From: an uncultured Chloroflexia bacterium | GTDB lineage: Bacteria > Chloroflexota > Limnocylindria > Limnocylindrales > CSP1-4 | Assembly (NCBI GenBank): GCA_963842755.1 | Contig: CAWJIC010000033.1 | Coordinates: 66,452 to 130,451 of the forward strand | Length of the DNA: 64,000 bases | Reading direction: 5' to 3' | Part shown: positions 1-8,555 of the stretch, piece after piece | Layout of the letters: each line of letters begins with the position of its first letter | Position numbering within the stretch: the first letter of the stretch is position 1 | The notes under the pieces: generated by a model | Told to the model about the DNA's origin: nothing | The model's input: only the letters and a program-made list of their open reading frames with translations | The model's database searches: none | Translations under genes and position numbers: made by a program

Positions 1-1
1 C

Positions 2-775
2 AAGGCGCTCGCCCACGTCCACCGCCGGCCGCTGGTCGGGGTCAACCACCTGGAGGGCCACGTCTACGCCGGCTGGCTGCTGGACCCCGGCGAGGCGGAT
101 CGCCCGGCGCCGGAATTCCCGCTCGTCGCGCTGGTCGTCTCCGGCGGGCACACGTTCCTCGTCGAGATGCGTGACGAGCTGACCTACCGGCTCCTCGGCC
201 AGACCGTCGACGACGCGGCCGGGGAGGCGTTCGACAAGGTCGGGCGGCTGCTCGGGCTGGGCTACCCGGGCGGACCGGCGATCCAGCAGGCGGCGGAGGG
301 GGCGACCCGGCGCGACGTCCTCTTCCCGCGAGCGTGGCTGGGCGATACGTACGACTTCAGCTTCAGCGGCCTGAAGACGGCCGCCCGGCGGATCGTGGCC
401 GCCGCCCGCGCGGACGAGGGCCTGCCGATCGACGACCCCGACGCCCGGCTCTCCGCGGCGATGACGGCGGAGCTGGCCCACGGCTTCCAGGAGGCGGTCG
501 TCGACGTCCTCGCGACGAAGACGCTCCGGGCGGCCCGCGCGATCGGCGCCCGGACGATCGTGGTCGGTGGCGGGGTCGCGGCCAACCGCGCCCTGCGGGC
601 ACGGATCGAGGGCGAGGCGGAGGCGGCCGGGATCCCGGTGGTCGTGCCGCGTCCCGGTCTGTGCACGGACAACGGGGCGATGATCGGCGCCGCCGGCGCC
701 CGGCGATTCGAGGCGGGGGAGCGGGCCGGCCTGGACCTCGACGCGCGCCCGTCGCTGCCCCTGGCCGCCCGATGA
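2..775 (+). CDS. tsaD: tRNA N6-adenosine threonylcarbamoyltransferase TsaD (5' end outside window)
   Basis: The frame is open from the window edge. It carries the NHLEGH motif, GQTVDDAAGEAFDKVGRLLGLGYPGGP and CTDNGAMIG, typical of the Kae1/TsaD family. Confidence 0.9.
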   Translation, partial: KALAHVHRRPLVGVNHLEGHVYAGWLLDPGEADRPAPEFPLVALVVSGGHTFLVEMRDELTYRLLGQTVDDAAGEAFDKVGRLLGLGYPGGPAIQQAAEGATRRDVLFPRAWLGDTYDFSFSGLKTAARRIVAAARADEGLPIDDPDARLSAAMTAELAHGFQEAVVDVLATKTLRAARAIGARTIVVGGGVAANRALRARIEGEAEAAGIPVVVPRPGLCTDNGAMIGAAGARRFEAGERAGLDLDARPSLPLAAR

Positions 776-1689
776 CCGCGGGCGCGCCCAGGCTGGACCC
801 GGACGAGGTCCGCCGAACCCTCCGGGAGGCGGGCCTCCGGGCGCGCCACGCGCTCAGCCAGAACTTCCTCGCCGATGTCGACGTCCTCCAGGCGATCCTC
901 GCCGAGGCGGGCCCGGTCCCCGGCCGGCGCGTGCTCGAGATCGGGCCGGGCCTCGGGATCCTGACCGGCGGGCTCCTCGACGCGGGCGCCGCGGTCACGG
1001 CGGTGGAGCTCGACCGCAGCCTCGCCGCGCGGCTCCGCTTCCATTTCGCGGCCGCCCTTGAGCGCGGCGCCGCCGAGCCGGCCGCACCTGGCGTCCTGCG
1101 GTTGATCGAGGGCGATGCGCTCGACCAGCCGCTGACCGAGCTCTGCCTGCCGCCGTACGACGTCGTGGCCAACCTGCCGTACCACATCACGAGCCCGATC
1201 CTCCACCGCCTCCTCGGGACGCCGCCGCGGCCGGATCGCCTCGTGCTCATGGTCCAGCGCGAGGTCGCCGAGCGGATCGCCGCGCCGCCCGGGAAGATGA
1301 GCTACCTGTCGGTCTTCGTGCAGTACCACGCGGCGGTCCGGATCGCCCTCCGGGTCTCGCCGGCTGCCTTCGAGCCGGCGCCCGAGGTGGACTCCGCGGT
1401 CATCGTCGCCGAGCCGTATCCCGCGGACGACCGGCTTGACCCGGCGTCGGAGGAGCGGCTCTGGCGGCTCGTCCAGGCCGGGTTCCGCGAGCGGCGGAAA
1501 ATGATTCACAACGTGCTCGTCCGGCAGCTGCCGGTCCCGCCAGATCGGGTCGCGGCGGCGCTCGCCGCCGCCGCCATCGAGCCGGACCGCCGCCCTCAGA
1601 CGCTGGCCGTCGGCGAGTGGCTGCGGCTTCTCGAGGTCCTCGGGCCGATGGGGGACGACGTCCGCGGGCGGCGTGCGAGCGATCGGTGA
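772..1689 (+). CDS. rsmA: 16S rRNA (adenine1518/1519-N6)-dimethyltransferase
   Basis: The ATG at 772 overlaps the tsaD stop (ATGA). SQNFL, the VLEIGPGLG SAM motif and NLPYHITS are KsgA/RsmA signatures. Confidence 0.9.
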   Translation: MTAGAPRLDPDEVRRTLREAGLRARHALSQNFLADVDVLQAILAEAGPVPGRRVLEIGPGLGILTGGLLDAGAAVTAVELDRSLAARLRFHFAAALERGAAEPAAPGVLRLIEGDALDQPLTELCLPPYDVVANLPYHITSPILHRLLGTPPRPDRLVLMVQREVAERIAAPPGKMSYLSVFVQYHAAVRIALRVSPAAFEPAPEVDSAVIVAEPYPADDRLDPASEERLWRLVQAGFRERRKMIHNVLVRQLPVPPDRVAAALAAAAIEPDRRPQTLAVGEWLRLLEVLGPMGDDVRGRRASDR

Positions 1690-2681
1690 TCGGCTCAACC
1701 GTCGTCCGGGTCGCCCCGGCCAAGCTCAACCTCACCCTCGCCGTCGTCGGACGGCGGCCGGACGGCTACCACGCGCTCCATTCGGTGATGGTCCCGCTGG
1801 GGCTGGCGGACCGGCTCAGCCTCGCCCCGGCCGGCGGGCGCGAGGACACCCTCCACGTCGACGGCTTCCCGACGGGCGCCGGATCGGACGACCTCGTCCT
1901 CCGAGCGCTGGCCGAGGCTCGCTCGGCGGTCGGGGCGGGCTGGGCCGGGCCGGCCGGTCCGCCCCCGGCCCTGGCGGCTCGGCTCGAGAAGCGGATCCCG
2001 GTCGCGGCCGGCCTCGGCGGCGGCTCGAGCGATGCGGTCGCCGCCATCGACGGAGCTCTCGAGGCGTGGGGCGCGGAGCTGTCCATCCACGAGCGGCTGC
2101 GGATCGCCGCCCGGCTCGGCTCGGACGTCCCGTTCTTCCTGGCCGGGGGCCCGGCGCTCGTCGAGGGTCGCGGCGAGACCGTCACCCCGCTGCGGGGCGT
2201 GATCGGGCATCCGCCGGGCGTGCTCGTCGTCACGCCGCCGGTCGCCGTCCCGACGCCGGCGGTCTTCGGCGCCTACGCTGCCGGCGCTCGGCCGGCGGGC
2301 GGAGCGGCCCGGACGAGCTCGATCCACCTCGCCGACGAGCTCCGGAGCGGCCTCGACGCGCGGGCGCTCGTCGACCGGGCGGGAATCCTGGCGGTGGCCA
2401 ACGATCTCATTCCGGCCGCGGCGGCCGTCGTCCCGGAGCTCGCCGGGCTGCGGAGGGCGCTCCGTCGGCTGCTCGGCCGGCCGGTCGGCCAGTCCGGCTC
2501 GGGCCCGACCCTGTGGGTCCTCTATCCTTCGGTCTCCGAGGCCGAGGCGGCCGCGGGGACGGTCCGCGCGGCGGTGGCGGACGGGCACCTCGCGGTGCCC
2601 GGCGCCGGACAGCCGTTCATCGCCGCAACCACGATCCAGCCGACGATCCAGCCGACGATCCAAACGAGGAGCGAACGATGA
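1686..2681 (+). CDS. ispE: 4-diphosphocytidyl-2-C-methyl-D-erythritol kinase
   Basis: The GTG at 1686 overlaps the rsmA stop (GTGA). APAKLNLTL, the GHMP-kinase motif PVAAGLGGGSSDA and SGSGPT are present. The C-terminus carries a (TIQP)x3 repeat. Confidence 0.85.
   Translation: MIGSTVVRVAPAKLNLTLAVVGRRPDGYHALHSVMVPLGLADRLSLAPAGGREDTLHVDGFPTGAGSDDLVLRALAEARSAVGAGWAGPAGPPPALAARLEKRIPVAAGLGGGSSDAVAAIDGALEAWGAELSIHERLRIAARLGSDVPFFLAGGPALVEGRGETVTPLRGVIGHPPGVLVVTPPVAVPTPAVFGAYAAGARPAGGAARTSSIHLADELRSGLDARALVDRAGILAVANDLIPAAAAVVPELAGLRRALRRLLGRPVGQSGSGPTLWVLYPSVSEAEAAAGTVRAAVADGHLAVPGAGQPFIAATTIQPTIQPTIQTRSER
2631..2666 (+). repeat. 12-bp tandem repeat (acgatccagccg, about 3 copies) encoding TIQPTIQPTIQT at the ispE C-terminus
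   Basis: Read directly from the sequence. Confidence 0.8.
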
Positions 2682-3058
2682 CCCGCCAGGCGATCTCCAC
2701 GACCGGGGCCCCGGCCGCGATCGGCCCGTACAGCCAGGCGATCGCGGCCGGTGATCTCGTCTTCTGCTCCGGCCAGCTCGGCCTCGACCCGGCGACCGGC
2801 GAGCTGGTCGAGGGCGTCGAGGCCCAGGCCGAGCGCGCCCTGCGCAACCTGGCCGCGGTCCTCGACGCGGCCGGCGCCACCTGGGGCGACGTCGTCAAGA
2901 CGACGCTCTTCCTCGCCGACATGGGCGACTTCGCCGCCGTCAACGCGATCTACGCGACGTTCATGCCCGATCCGCCCCCGGCCCGCTCGACGTTCGCGGT
3001 GGGGGCGCTCCCGAAGGGCGGCCGGATCGAGATCGAGGCGATCGCCCGCCGACGATGA
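2678..3058 (+). CDS. ridA: RidA/YjgF-family reactive intermediate deaminase
   Basis: The ATG overlaps the ispE stop (ATGA). PAAIGPYSQA, the FCSGQLGLDP motif and GGRIEIEAIA are typical of YjgF/RidA. Confidence 0.85.
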   Translation: MTRQAISTTGAPAAIGPYSQAIAAGDLVFCSGQLGLDPATGELVEGVEAQAERALRNLAAVLDAAGATWGDVVKTTLFLADMGDFAAVNAIYATFMPDPPPARSTFAVGALPKGGRIEIEAIARRR

Positions 3059-3135
3059 GGGAACGCCCGACCGGCCAGCCCGACCGGCCTGGTTTGACAC
3101 CCCGGAGGGACCGCCCCTACGATGCCTTGGCCCTG

Positions 3136-4533
3136 ATGAACCCCGACCCTCTCCCGTCCCGGACCGTCGCGGTCGTCCTTGCCGCCGGGCTCGGGACGCG
3201 GATGAAGTCGCACACGTCCAAGGTCCTCCACCCGCTGTGCGGCCGGCCGATGCTCGCCTATGTCCTCGACGCGGCTCGCGCCGCGACGGGGGAGCGGCCG
3301 CTGGTCGTCTACTCCCCGCCCACGGCCGCGATCCGCGATGCCTTCGCCGAGGAGGCCGACTTCGCGCTCCAAGACGAGCCGCGCGGAACGGGCGACGCGC
3401 TTCGGGCGGCTCTCGCGGTGCTGCCCGCTGACGTCGCCGAGATCGTCCTGGCGTACGCCGACGTGCCGCTCCTCGAGGCGGACCTCCTCGAGGAGCTCCT
3501 CGCCGAGCACCGCGCGTCGGACGCCGCCCTCTCGCTGGTCAGCGTCATCACCATGGACCCGGCGAACCTCGGGCGGGTCGTCCGGGACGACGACGGGAAC
3601 GTGGAGCGGATCGTCGAGGTGAAGGACGCCGACGAGGACGAGCTCGAGATCGACGAGATCAACGCCGGCGTCTACGCCATGGACGCCGCCTGGCTGCGCG
3701 CCCGGATCGGCGACCTTCGCCCGTCGCCGATGACCGGCGAGCTGTACCTGACCGAGCTCGTCGCGTTGGCTCGCGCCGACGGCCGGACGATCGCGACGGT
3801 CGAGGTCGGCGACGACGGATCGCTCGCGGGGATCAACGACCGGGCCCAGCTGGCCGACGCGACCTACCGGCTCCGGGAGCGGATCAACCGCGGGCACCTC
3901 CTCGCCGGGGTGACGATGGACGACCCCTCGACCGCGTACGTCGACTTCACGGTCGAGCTCCAGGCGGACGTCGTGCTCGAGCCGAACGTCATCCTGCGCG
4001 GCCGGACGACGATCGGGGCAGGGACGCGGATCGGCTCCGGCAGCCAGCTCATCGACGCAGTCGTCGGACGCGACTGCCGCATCTGGGCCAGCGTGCTCGA
4101 GTCGTCCGAGGTGGAGGACGAGGTCTCGATCGGTCCGTTCGCCCATCTCCGGCCGGGCAGCTCGATCGGACGCGGCGCGAAGCTTGGCAACTACGCCGAG
4201 GTGAAGAACAGCCGGCTGGAGGCGGGCGTCCAGCAGCACCATGTCAGCTACCTCGGGGATGCCCACGTCGGCGCCCGGACGAACATCGGGGCGGGCACCA
4301 TCACCGCGAACTACGACGGAACCAGGAAGTCCCGGACGACGATCGGCGAAGGGGCGTTCATCGGGGTGGACACCATGCTCGTCGCCCCGGTGACGGTCGG
4401 CGACGGGGCGAAGACCGGCGCCGGCGCGGTCGTTACCCGGGACGTCCCTGCCGGCAAGCTCGCCGTCGGCGTTCCCGCCCGGATCCGCGAGCCCCACCCG
4501 AAGCCGGATCCGACCATCGACCCATCCGGCTGA
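3136..4533 (+). CDS. glmU: Bifunctional UDP-N-acetylglucosamine pyrophosphorylase / glucosamine-1-phosphate N-acetyltransferase
   Basis: VVLAAGLGTRMKS nucleotidyltransferase motif, with left-handed beta-helix hexapeptide repeats at the C-terminus. An alternative upstream ATG lies at 3055. Confidence 0.9.
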   Translation: MNPDPLPSRTVAVVLAAGLGTRMKSHTSKVLHPLCGRPMLAYVLDAARAATGERPLVVYSPPTAAIRDAFAEEADFALQDEPRGTGDALRAALAVLPADVAEIVLAYADVPLLEADLLEELLAEHRASDAALSLVSVITMDPANLGRVVRDDDGNVERIVEVKDADEDELEIDEINAGVYAMDAAWLRARIGDLRPSPMTGELYLTELVALARADGRTIATVEVGDDGSLAGINDRAQLADATYRLRERINRGHLLAGVTMDDPSTAYVDFTVELQADVVLEPNVILRGRTTIGAGTRIGSGSQLIDAVVGRDCRIWASVLESSEVEDEVSIGPFAHLRPGSSIGRGAKLGNYAEVKNSRLEAGVQQHHVSYLGDAHVGARTNIGAGTITANYDGTRKSRTTIGEGAFIGVDTMLVAPVTVGDGAKTGAGAVVTRDVPAGKLAVGVPARIREPHPKPDPTIDPSG

Positions 4534-5864
4534 TGAGCACGACGACCGAGATCCTGATCCTGGCGTTCCTCGTTGTCTTGAACGGGGTCTTCGTCGCGGC
4601 GGAGATCAGCCTGGTCACCCTCCGGCGCAGCCGCGTCGAGCAGATGGTCGACGAGGGTCGCCGGGCAGCTCGGCTGGTCCGGCGCCTGACCGACGACCCG
4701 GGTCGCTTCCTGGCCGTCATCCAGATCGCGATCACGTTCATCGGCTTCCTCGCCTCGGCGTTTGCCGCGATCAGCCTGACCCTGGCACTCGAGAAGTCGC
4801 TGAGCGATGCCGGCCTCGATCCGGGGCTGAGCGGCCCGTTCGCCCTGGTCGGCGTGACGATCGTCCTGTCCCTGTTCACGATCGTGTTCGGGGAGCTCGT
4901 CCCGAAGACCCTCGCGCTGGCGTTCCCGGAGCGCTTCGCCCTGGCTCTCGCCCGACCCGTGGACCTCCTCGGTCGGCTGCTCGGCCCGCTCGTCGCGGTG
5001 CTGACGGGGATCACCCGGGCCGTCACCCGACCGTTCGGCGCCGACGTCTCGCGCGCGGCCCAGATCACCGCCGACGAGCTGAAGCTGATCATCGAGCGAG
5101 GTGGCCAGCAGGGGATCCTCGAAGCCGAAGAGGAGCAGATGATCAACGCGGTCATCGAGCTCGGCGAGCGCCGCCTGCACGAGGTCATGGTCCCGCGGAC
5201 CGACATCGTCGCCCTGCCCGCGTCGACCACGTTGGACGAGGCGGTCGATACGATCGTCGAGGAGGGCCACAGCCGGGTCCCGGTCTACGAGGAGTCGATC
5301 GACGAGGTCGTCGGGATCCTGTACGCGAAGGACCTCCTGCCGTTCCTGAAGACATCCTCCGGGCCGCGGCCCACAGTCCGCTCGATCATGCGGGCGCCGC
5401 TGTTCGCCCCGGAGTCGATGTCGATCGACGACCTCCTCCACGACTTCCAGCGCAAGAAGGTCCACGTCGCGATCGTCCTCGACGAGTACGGCGGGACGGC
5501 CGGGCTGGTCTCGATCGAGGACCTCCTGGAGGAGATCGTCGGCGAGATCCAGGACGAGTACGACGTGGAGGAGCCGATGATCGTGCGGCTCTCCGACGAC
5601 GAGGTCCGCATCGACGGCCGCGTCGCCGTCGACGAGCTGGCCGACCTGTTCGACATGACCATCGAGCTGGAGGATGAGGACGAGTACGACACGATCGGCG
5701 GCCTCGTCTTCCACCGCATCGGACGGGTTCCGCTGCCGGGCGACGAGATCGACGTGGACGGGCTCCGGCTCACCGTCGAGACGACCGACGGCCGGCGGGT
5801 GGGCAAGGTCCTCGCCGTCCGCGAGCGCCACGACGCCGGTGGCGACCACGAGGCGGACCGCTAG
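4533..5864 (+). CDS. CNNM/HlyC-CorC family transporter (DUF21 + CBS pair + CorC_HlyC)
   Basis: N-terminal TM region with LNGVFVAAEISL, then RVPV CBS-type segments and a C-terminal transporter-associated domain. The start overlaps the glmU stop (TGATG). Confidence 0.8.
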   Translation: MSTTTEILILAFLVVLNGVFVAAEISLVTLRRSRVEQMVDEGRRAARLVRRLTDDPGRFLAVIQIAITFIGFLASAFAAISLTLALEKSLSDAGLDPGLSGPFALVGVTIVLSLFTIVFGELVPKTLALAFPERFALALARPVDLLGRLLGPLVAVLTGITRAVTRPFGADVSRAAQITADELKLIIERGGQQGILEAEEEQMINAVIELGERRLHEVMVPRTDIVALPASTTLDEAVDTIVEEGHSRVPVYEESIDEVVGILYAKDLLPFLKTSSGPRPTVRSIMRAPLFAPESMSIDDLLHDFQRKKVHVAIVLDEYGGTAGLVSIEDLLEEIVGEIQDEYDVEEPMIVRLSDDEVRIDGRVAVDELADLFDMTIELEDEDEYDTIGGLVFHRIGRVPLPGDEIDVDGLRLTVETTDGRRVGKVLAVRERHDAGGDHEADR

Positions 5865-5921
5865 CGCCACGGGTTCCCGCACGCGGCGCGATGCCGCCTC
5901 GCCGCCGGTCTGACGACAGAC

Positions 5922-6947
5922 TCAGGCGCTGATCACCGAGATCATGATCCGCTCGAGCTCACCGCGGGCGGCGGTGTCGACCGTGCCCGCCGCGTCGAGC
6001 TCGGCGAGCGCCTCGTCGCGGTAGCGGTGGGCCTGGTCGCGGGTGTAGTCGCGGGCACCCGACCGCTCGAGGATCGCGACCGCTTCGGCAAGCTCGTCGG
6101 GGCTCGGTTCGACGGCGGCGTAGATGGCTCGGAGCCGATCGCGGTCATCGGGGCCGGCGTGCTCGAAGGCGTAGATCACCGGGAGGGTCTTCTTGTGCCG
6201 GGCGAGGTCCGTCGGCTCCTTGCCGGTGGCCTGCTCCTGGCCCCAGATCCCGAGCAGGTCGTCGTTCAGCTGGAAGGCCAGCCCGAGCGCCCAGCCGAAC
6301 GCCCGGTAGCGGGCGATGACCGACTCGTCGTCGGTCGCCAGGAGCGCGCCCGCCTCGATCGAGGCGCTGATCAGCGCGGCCGTCTTGCGGCCGATCATGT
6401 CGAAGTAGAGCTCGACCGACATCGTCTCGTCGTGCTCGGAGGTCCAGATGTCGATGTACTGGCCTTCGCACAGCGCCACGCAGGTGGTGTCGTACAGGCG
6501 CATCAGGCGCAGGACCTTCGCATCGCTGAAGCCGAGCTCGGTCAGGCGGTGGAGGGCGACCCGGCTCAGGCTGAACAGCATGTCCCCGGTGTTGATCGCC
6601 TGGGGGATGCCATGCTTCGCCCAGAGGGTTGCCCGGTGGCGGCGCTCGATGTCACCGTCCTCGATGTCGTCGTGGGCCAGGCTGAAGTTGTGGCCGAGCT
6701 CGACGGCCGCGGCACCGGGCAGGGCCGGCTCGTACTCACCCGTGATCGAGGCGTAGGCGAGCAGGCCGAGGAGCGGTCGCATCCGCTTGCCGGCCGGGGC
6801 GCCGGACCCGTCGAGGCCCAGGTGGTAGCGGACCATCTCGTAGACGCCGTGGGTCGACGGGTCGCGGTCGACCACCAGCCGGAGGATCTCGCGCTCGGTG
6901 GCGGCGATCAGCTCGGTGAGGTCGAACCCGGGGGTCGTGGCGGTCAT
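5922..6947 (-). CDS. Polyprenyl diphosphate synthase (trans-isoprenyl, GGPP-synthase-like)
   Basis: Starts at MTATTPGF. First Asp-rich motif is LAHDDIEDGD and the second is FQLNDDLLG. The upstream part of track ORF 5922..7838 is non-coding or antisense to recO. Confidence 0.85.
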   Translation of the reverse strand: MTATTPGFDLTELIAATEREILRLVVDRDPSTHGVYEMVRYHLGLDGSGAPAGKRMRPLLGLLAYASITGEYEPALPGAAAVELGHNFSLAHDDIEDGDIERRHRATLWAKHGIPQAINTGDMLFSLSRVALHRLTELGFSDAKVLRLMRLYDTTCVALCEGQYIDIWTSEHDETMSVELYFDMIGRKTAALISASIEAGALLATDDESVIARYRAFGWALGLAFQLNDDLLGIWGQEQATGKEPTDLARHKKTLPVIYAFEHAGPDDRDRLRAIYAAVEPSPDELAEAVAILERSGARDYTRDQAHRYRDEALAELDAAGTVDTAARGELERIMISVISA

Positions 6948-7043
6948 CGTGGAGCGAGTGTAAGGCAGGACAACCTGTTCAGCCTCGGTAGCTGGTTGGA
7001 TGCGGGCCCGACCTTCGATCCGGCCCGATGCTACCGTGAGGCC

Positions 7044-7808
7044 GTGGCCAGACTGCGGACCCTCACGACCGACGCGATCGTCCTGAGCCGGTTCGACCTG
7101 GGCGAGGCGGACCGCGTCCTGACCCTGATCACGCCCCACGACGGCAAGCTCAAGGCGATCGCCAAGGGCGTCCGCCGCCCGACGAGCCGCCTCGGCGGGA
7201 GCGTCGAGCCGTTCGCCGAGCTGCGGCTCGTCCTGGCCCACGGCCGGACGTTCGACGTGGTCACCTCGGTCAGCGTCAGCCACGCCTGGCTCCGCCTGCG
7301 CGACTCCCTCGAGTCGGCCGCGACGGCCTGGTACCTGGCCGAGCTCGCCGACCGCTCCCTCGAGGAGCGCCACCCGGCCGAGCCGCTCTACCTCCTCCTG
7401 CGCCGCGCCTACGAGCTCCTCGACGCGGGGATGGCGCCCGGCCGGGTCGCCCGCTGGTACGAGATGCACCTGACCGACGAGCTCGGCCAGCGGCCCGAGG
7501 TGGACCGTTGCGTCGAGTGCGACCGGATGCTCGAGACGACCGACTCGTTCCGCTGGGTGCCGCCGCTCGGCGGGGTGCTGTGCCAGCGCGAGCCCGGTCC
7601 GCCGGCCGAGCGGACGGCCCTGTCGCTCGAGGCGCTCAAGCTGCTGAAGGCGTACCAGCGATTGGACGTGGAGGCGCTCGCCGGGCTGCGCATCCCGGCA
7701 CCGGTCGAGCGCGAGGTGGAGGCGGCGATGCGCGATTTCGTACGGATCGCCCTGGAGCGGGACGCCCGCTCGCTGCCGTTCCTCGACGAGGTCCGGGCCG
7801 GACACTGA
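7044..7808 (+). CDS. recO: DNA repair protein RecO
   Basis: DAIVLSRFDLGEADRVLTLITPHDGKLKAIAKGVRRP OB-fold N-terminus and a CVECDR zinc motif. The GTG start at 7044 is inferred. Confidence 0.8.
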   Translation: MARLRTLTTDAIVLSRFDLGEADRVLTLITPHDGKLKAIAKGVRRPTSRLGGSVEPFAELRLVLAHGRTFDVVTSVSVSHAWLRLRDSLESAATAWYLAELADRSLEERHPAEPLYLLLRRAYELLDAGMAPGRVARWYEMHLTDELGQRPEVDRCVECDRMLETTDSFRWVPPLGGVLCQREPGPPAERTALSLEALKLLKAYQRLDVEALAGLRIPAPVEREVEAAMRDFVRIALERDARSLPFLDEVRAGH

Positions 7809-7819
7809 AAGGAGATCCC

Positions 7820-8260
7820 GTGGGCGAGTTGGCGCCAATCGCGACGCTGGACACGACGACCAAGGCTGGGGCCCGGGCGGCCGAGCGACTCGAGCGGGAG
7901 CTCATTGCCTGGCTGACGACCGTCACGCCGGGCGGCCAGCCGCAGAGCTCGCCGGTCTGGTTCCTGTGGCACGCCGGCGAGTTCCTCGTCTACAGCCTGG
8001 CGGTGACGCCGCGGATCCGGAACCTGGCAGCGAACCCGCGGGTCTCGCTCCACCTGAACAGCGACGACGTCGGCGGCGATATCGTCACGATCGAGGGCGA
8101 GGCCCTCGTGGACCTCACGGCGCCTCCGGCCACGGCCGTTCCCGCCTACCTCGCGAAGTACCGCGGACTCATCGCTGACTACGGTTGGACGTCCGAGCAG
8201 TTCAGCACGGACTACCCGATCGCGATCCGGATCCGCCCGACTCGGTTCAGAGTCGGGTAG
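7820..8260 (+). CDS. Pyridoxamine 5'-phosphate oxidase family protein (probable F420-dependent, Rv3369-like)
   Basis: GTG preceded by AAAGGAG. LIAWLTTVTPGGQPQSSPVWFLW and NPRVSLHL match the PPOX split-barrel pattern. Confidence 0.6.
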   Translation: MGELAPIATLDTTTKAGARAAERLERELIAWLTTVTPGGQPQSSPVWFLWHAGEFLVYSLAVTPRIRNLAANPRVSLHLNSDDVGGDIVTIEGEALVDLTAPPATAVPAYLAKYRGLIADYGWTSEQFSTDYPIAIRIRPTRFRVG

Positions 8261-8294
8261 CGCGCTCCGCCTCCAGGGGCGGGCCCGCCGCCGC

Positions 8295-8315
8295 CTGATG
8301 AGCACCACTCATCAG
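8295..8315 (+). terminator. Hairpin ctgatgag-cacca-ctcatcag followed by ttt; weak intrinsic terminator or part of the glyQS leader
   Basis: Perfect 8-bp stem read from the sequence, with only a short T tract after it. Confidence 0.3.
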
Positions 8316-8555
8316 TTTCGGGATGAGTGAGCGTGACCGGGTGGCCAGGAACGCCGATTCGGTCAACCGGTCACGTTCGCCTGGACGTGATTCGATGAGT
8401 GGTGGTGATCAGGCGGGCCGGGAGTGGTGGTGATCAGCGAGCGGGGAGAGGGCGCGCGCGGCCGGTGCGGTGCTCACGTCTGCTAGCATCGGGGGACCAA
8501 CGTCACCCGCGGCCGTCCCTGCCACGGCCGGCCGCCGAAGCGGAGCCTTCCCCTC

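Noticed and set aside
262-1698. Long minus-strand ORF (478 aa) antisense to tsaD/rsmA. Similar giants occur at 2950-4497(-), 4311-5882(-), 23570-25711(-), 36086-37636(-), 38472-40433(-), 40542-42611(-), 43729-45264(-) and 58808-60268(-).
   Set aside because: Their translations are Arg/Pro/Gly/Asp-rich low-complexity strings with no motifs. They overlap genes with strong family signatures on the other strand. This is a typical high-GC artefact.
6948-7838. N-terminal 297 aa of track ORF 5922-7838(-), which would extend the polyprenyl synthase.
   Set aside because: The extension is antisense to recO and low-complexity. Recognisable synthase sequence starts at MTATTPGF (ATG 6947).
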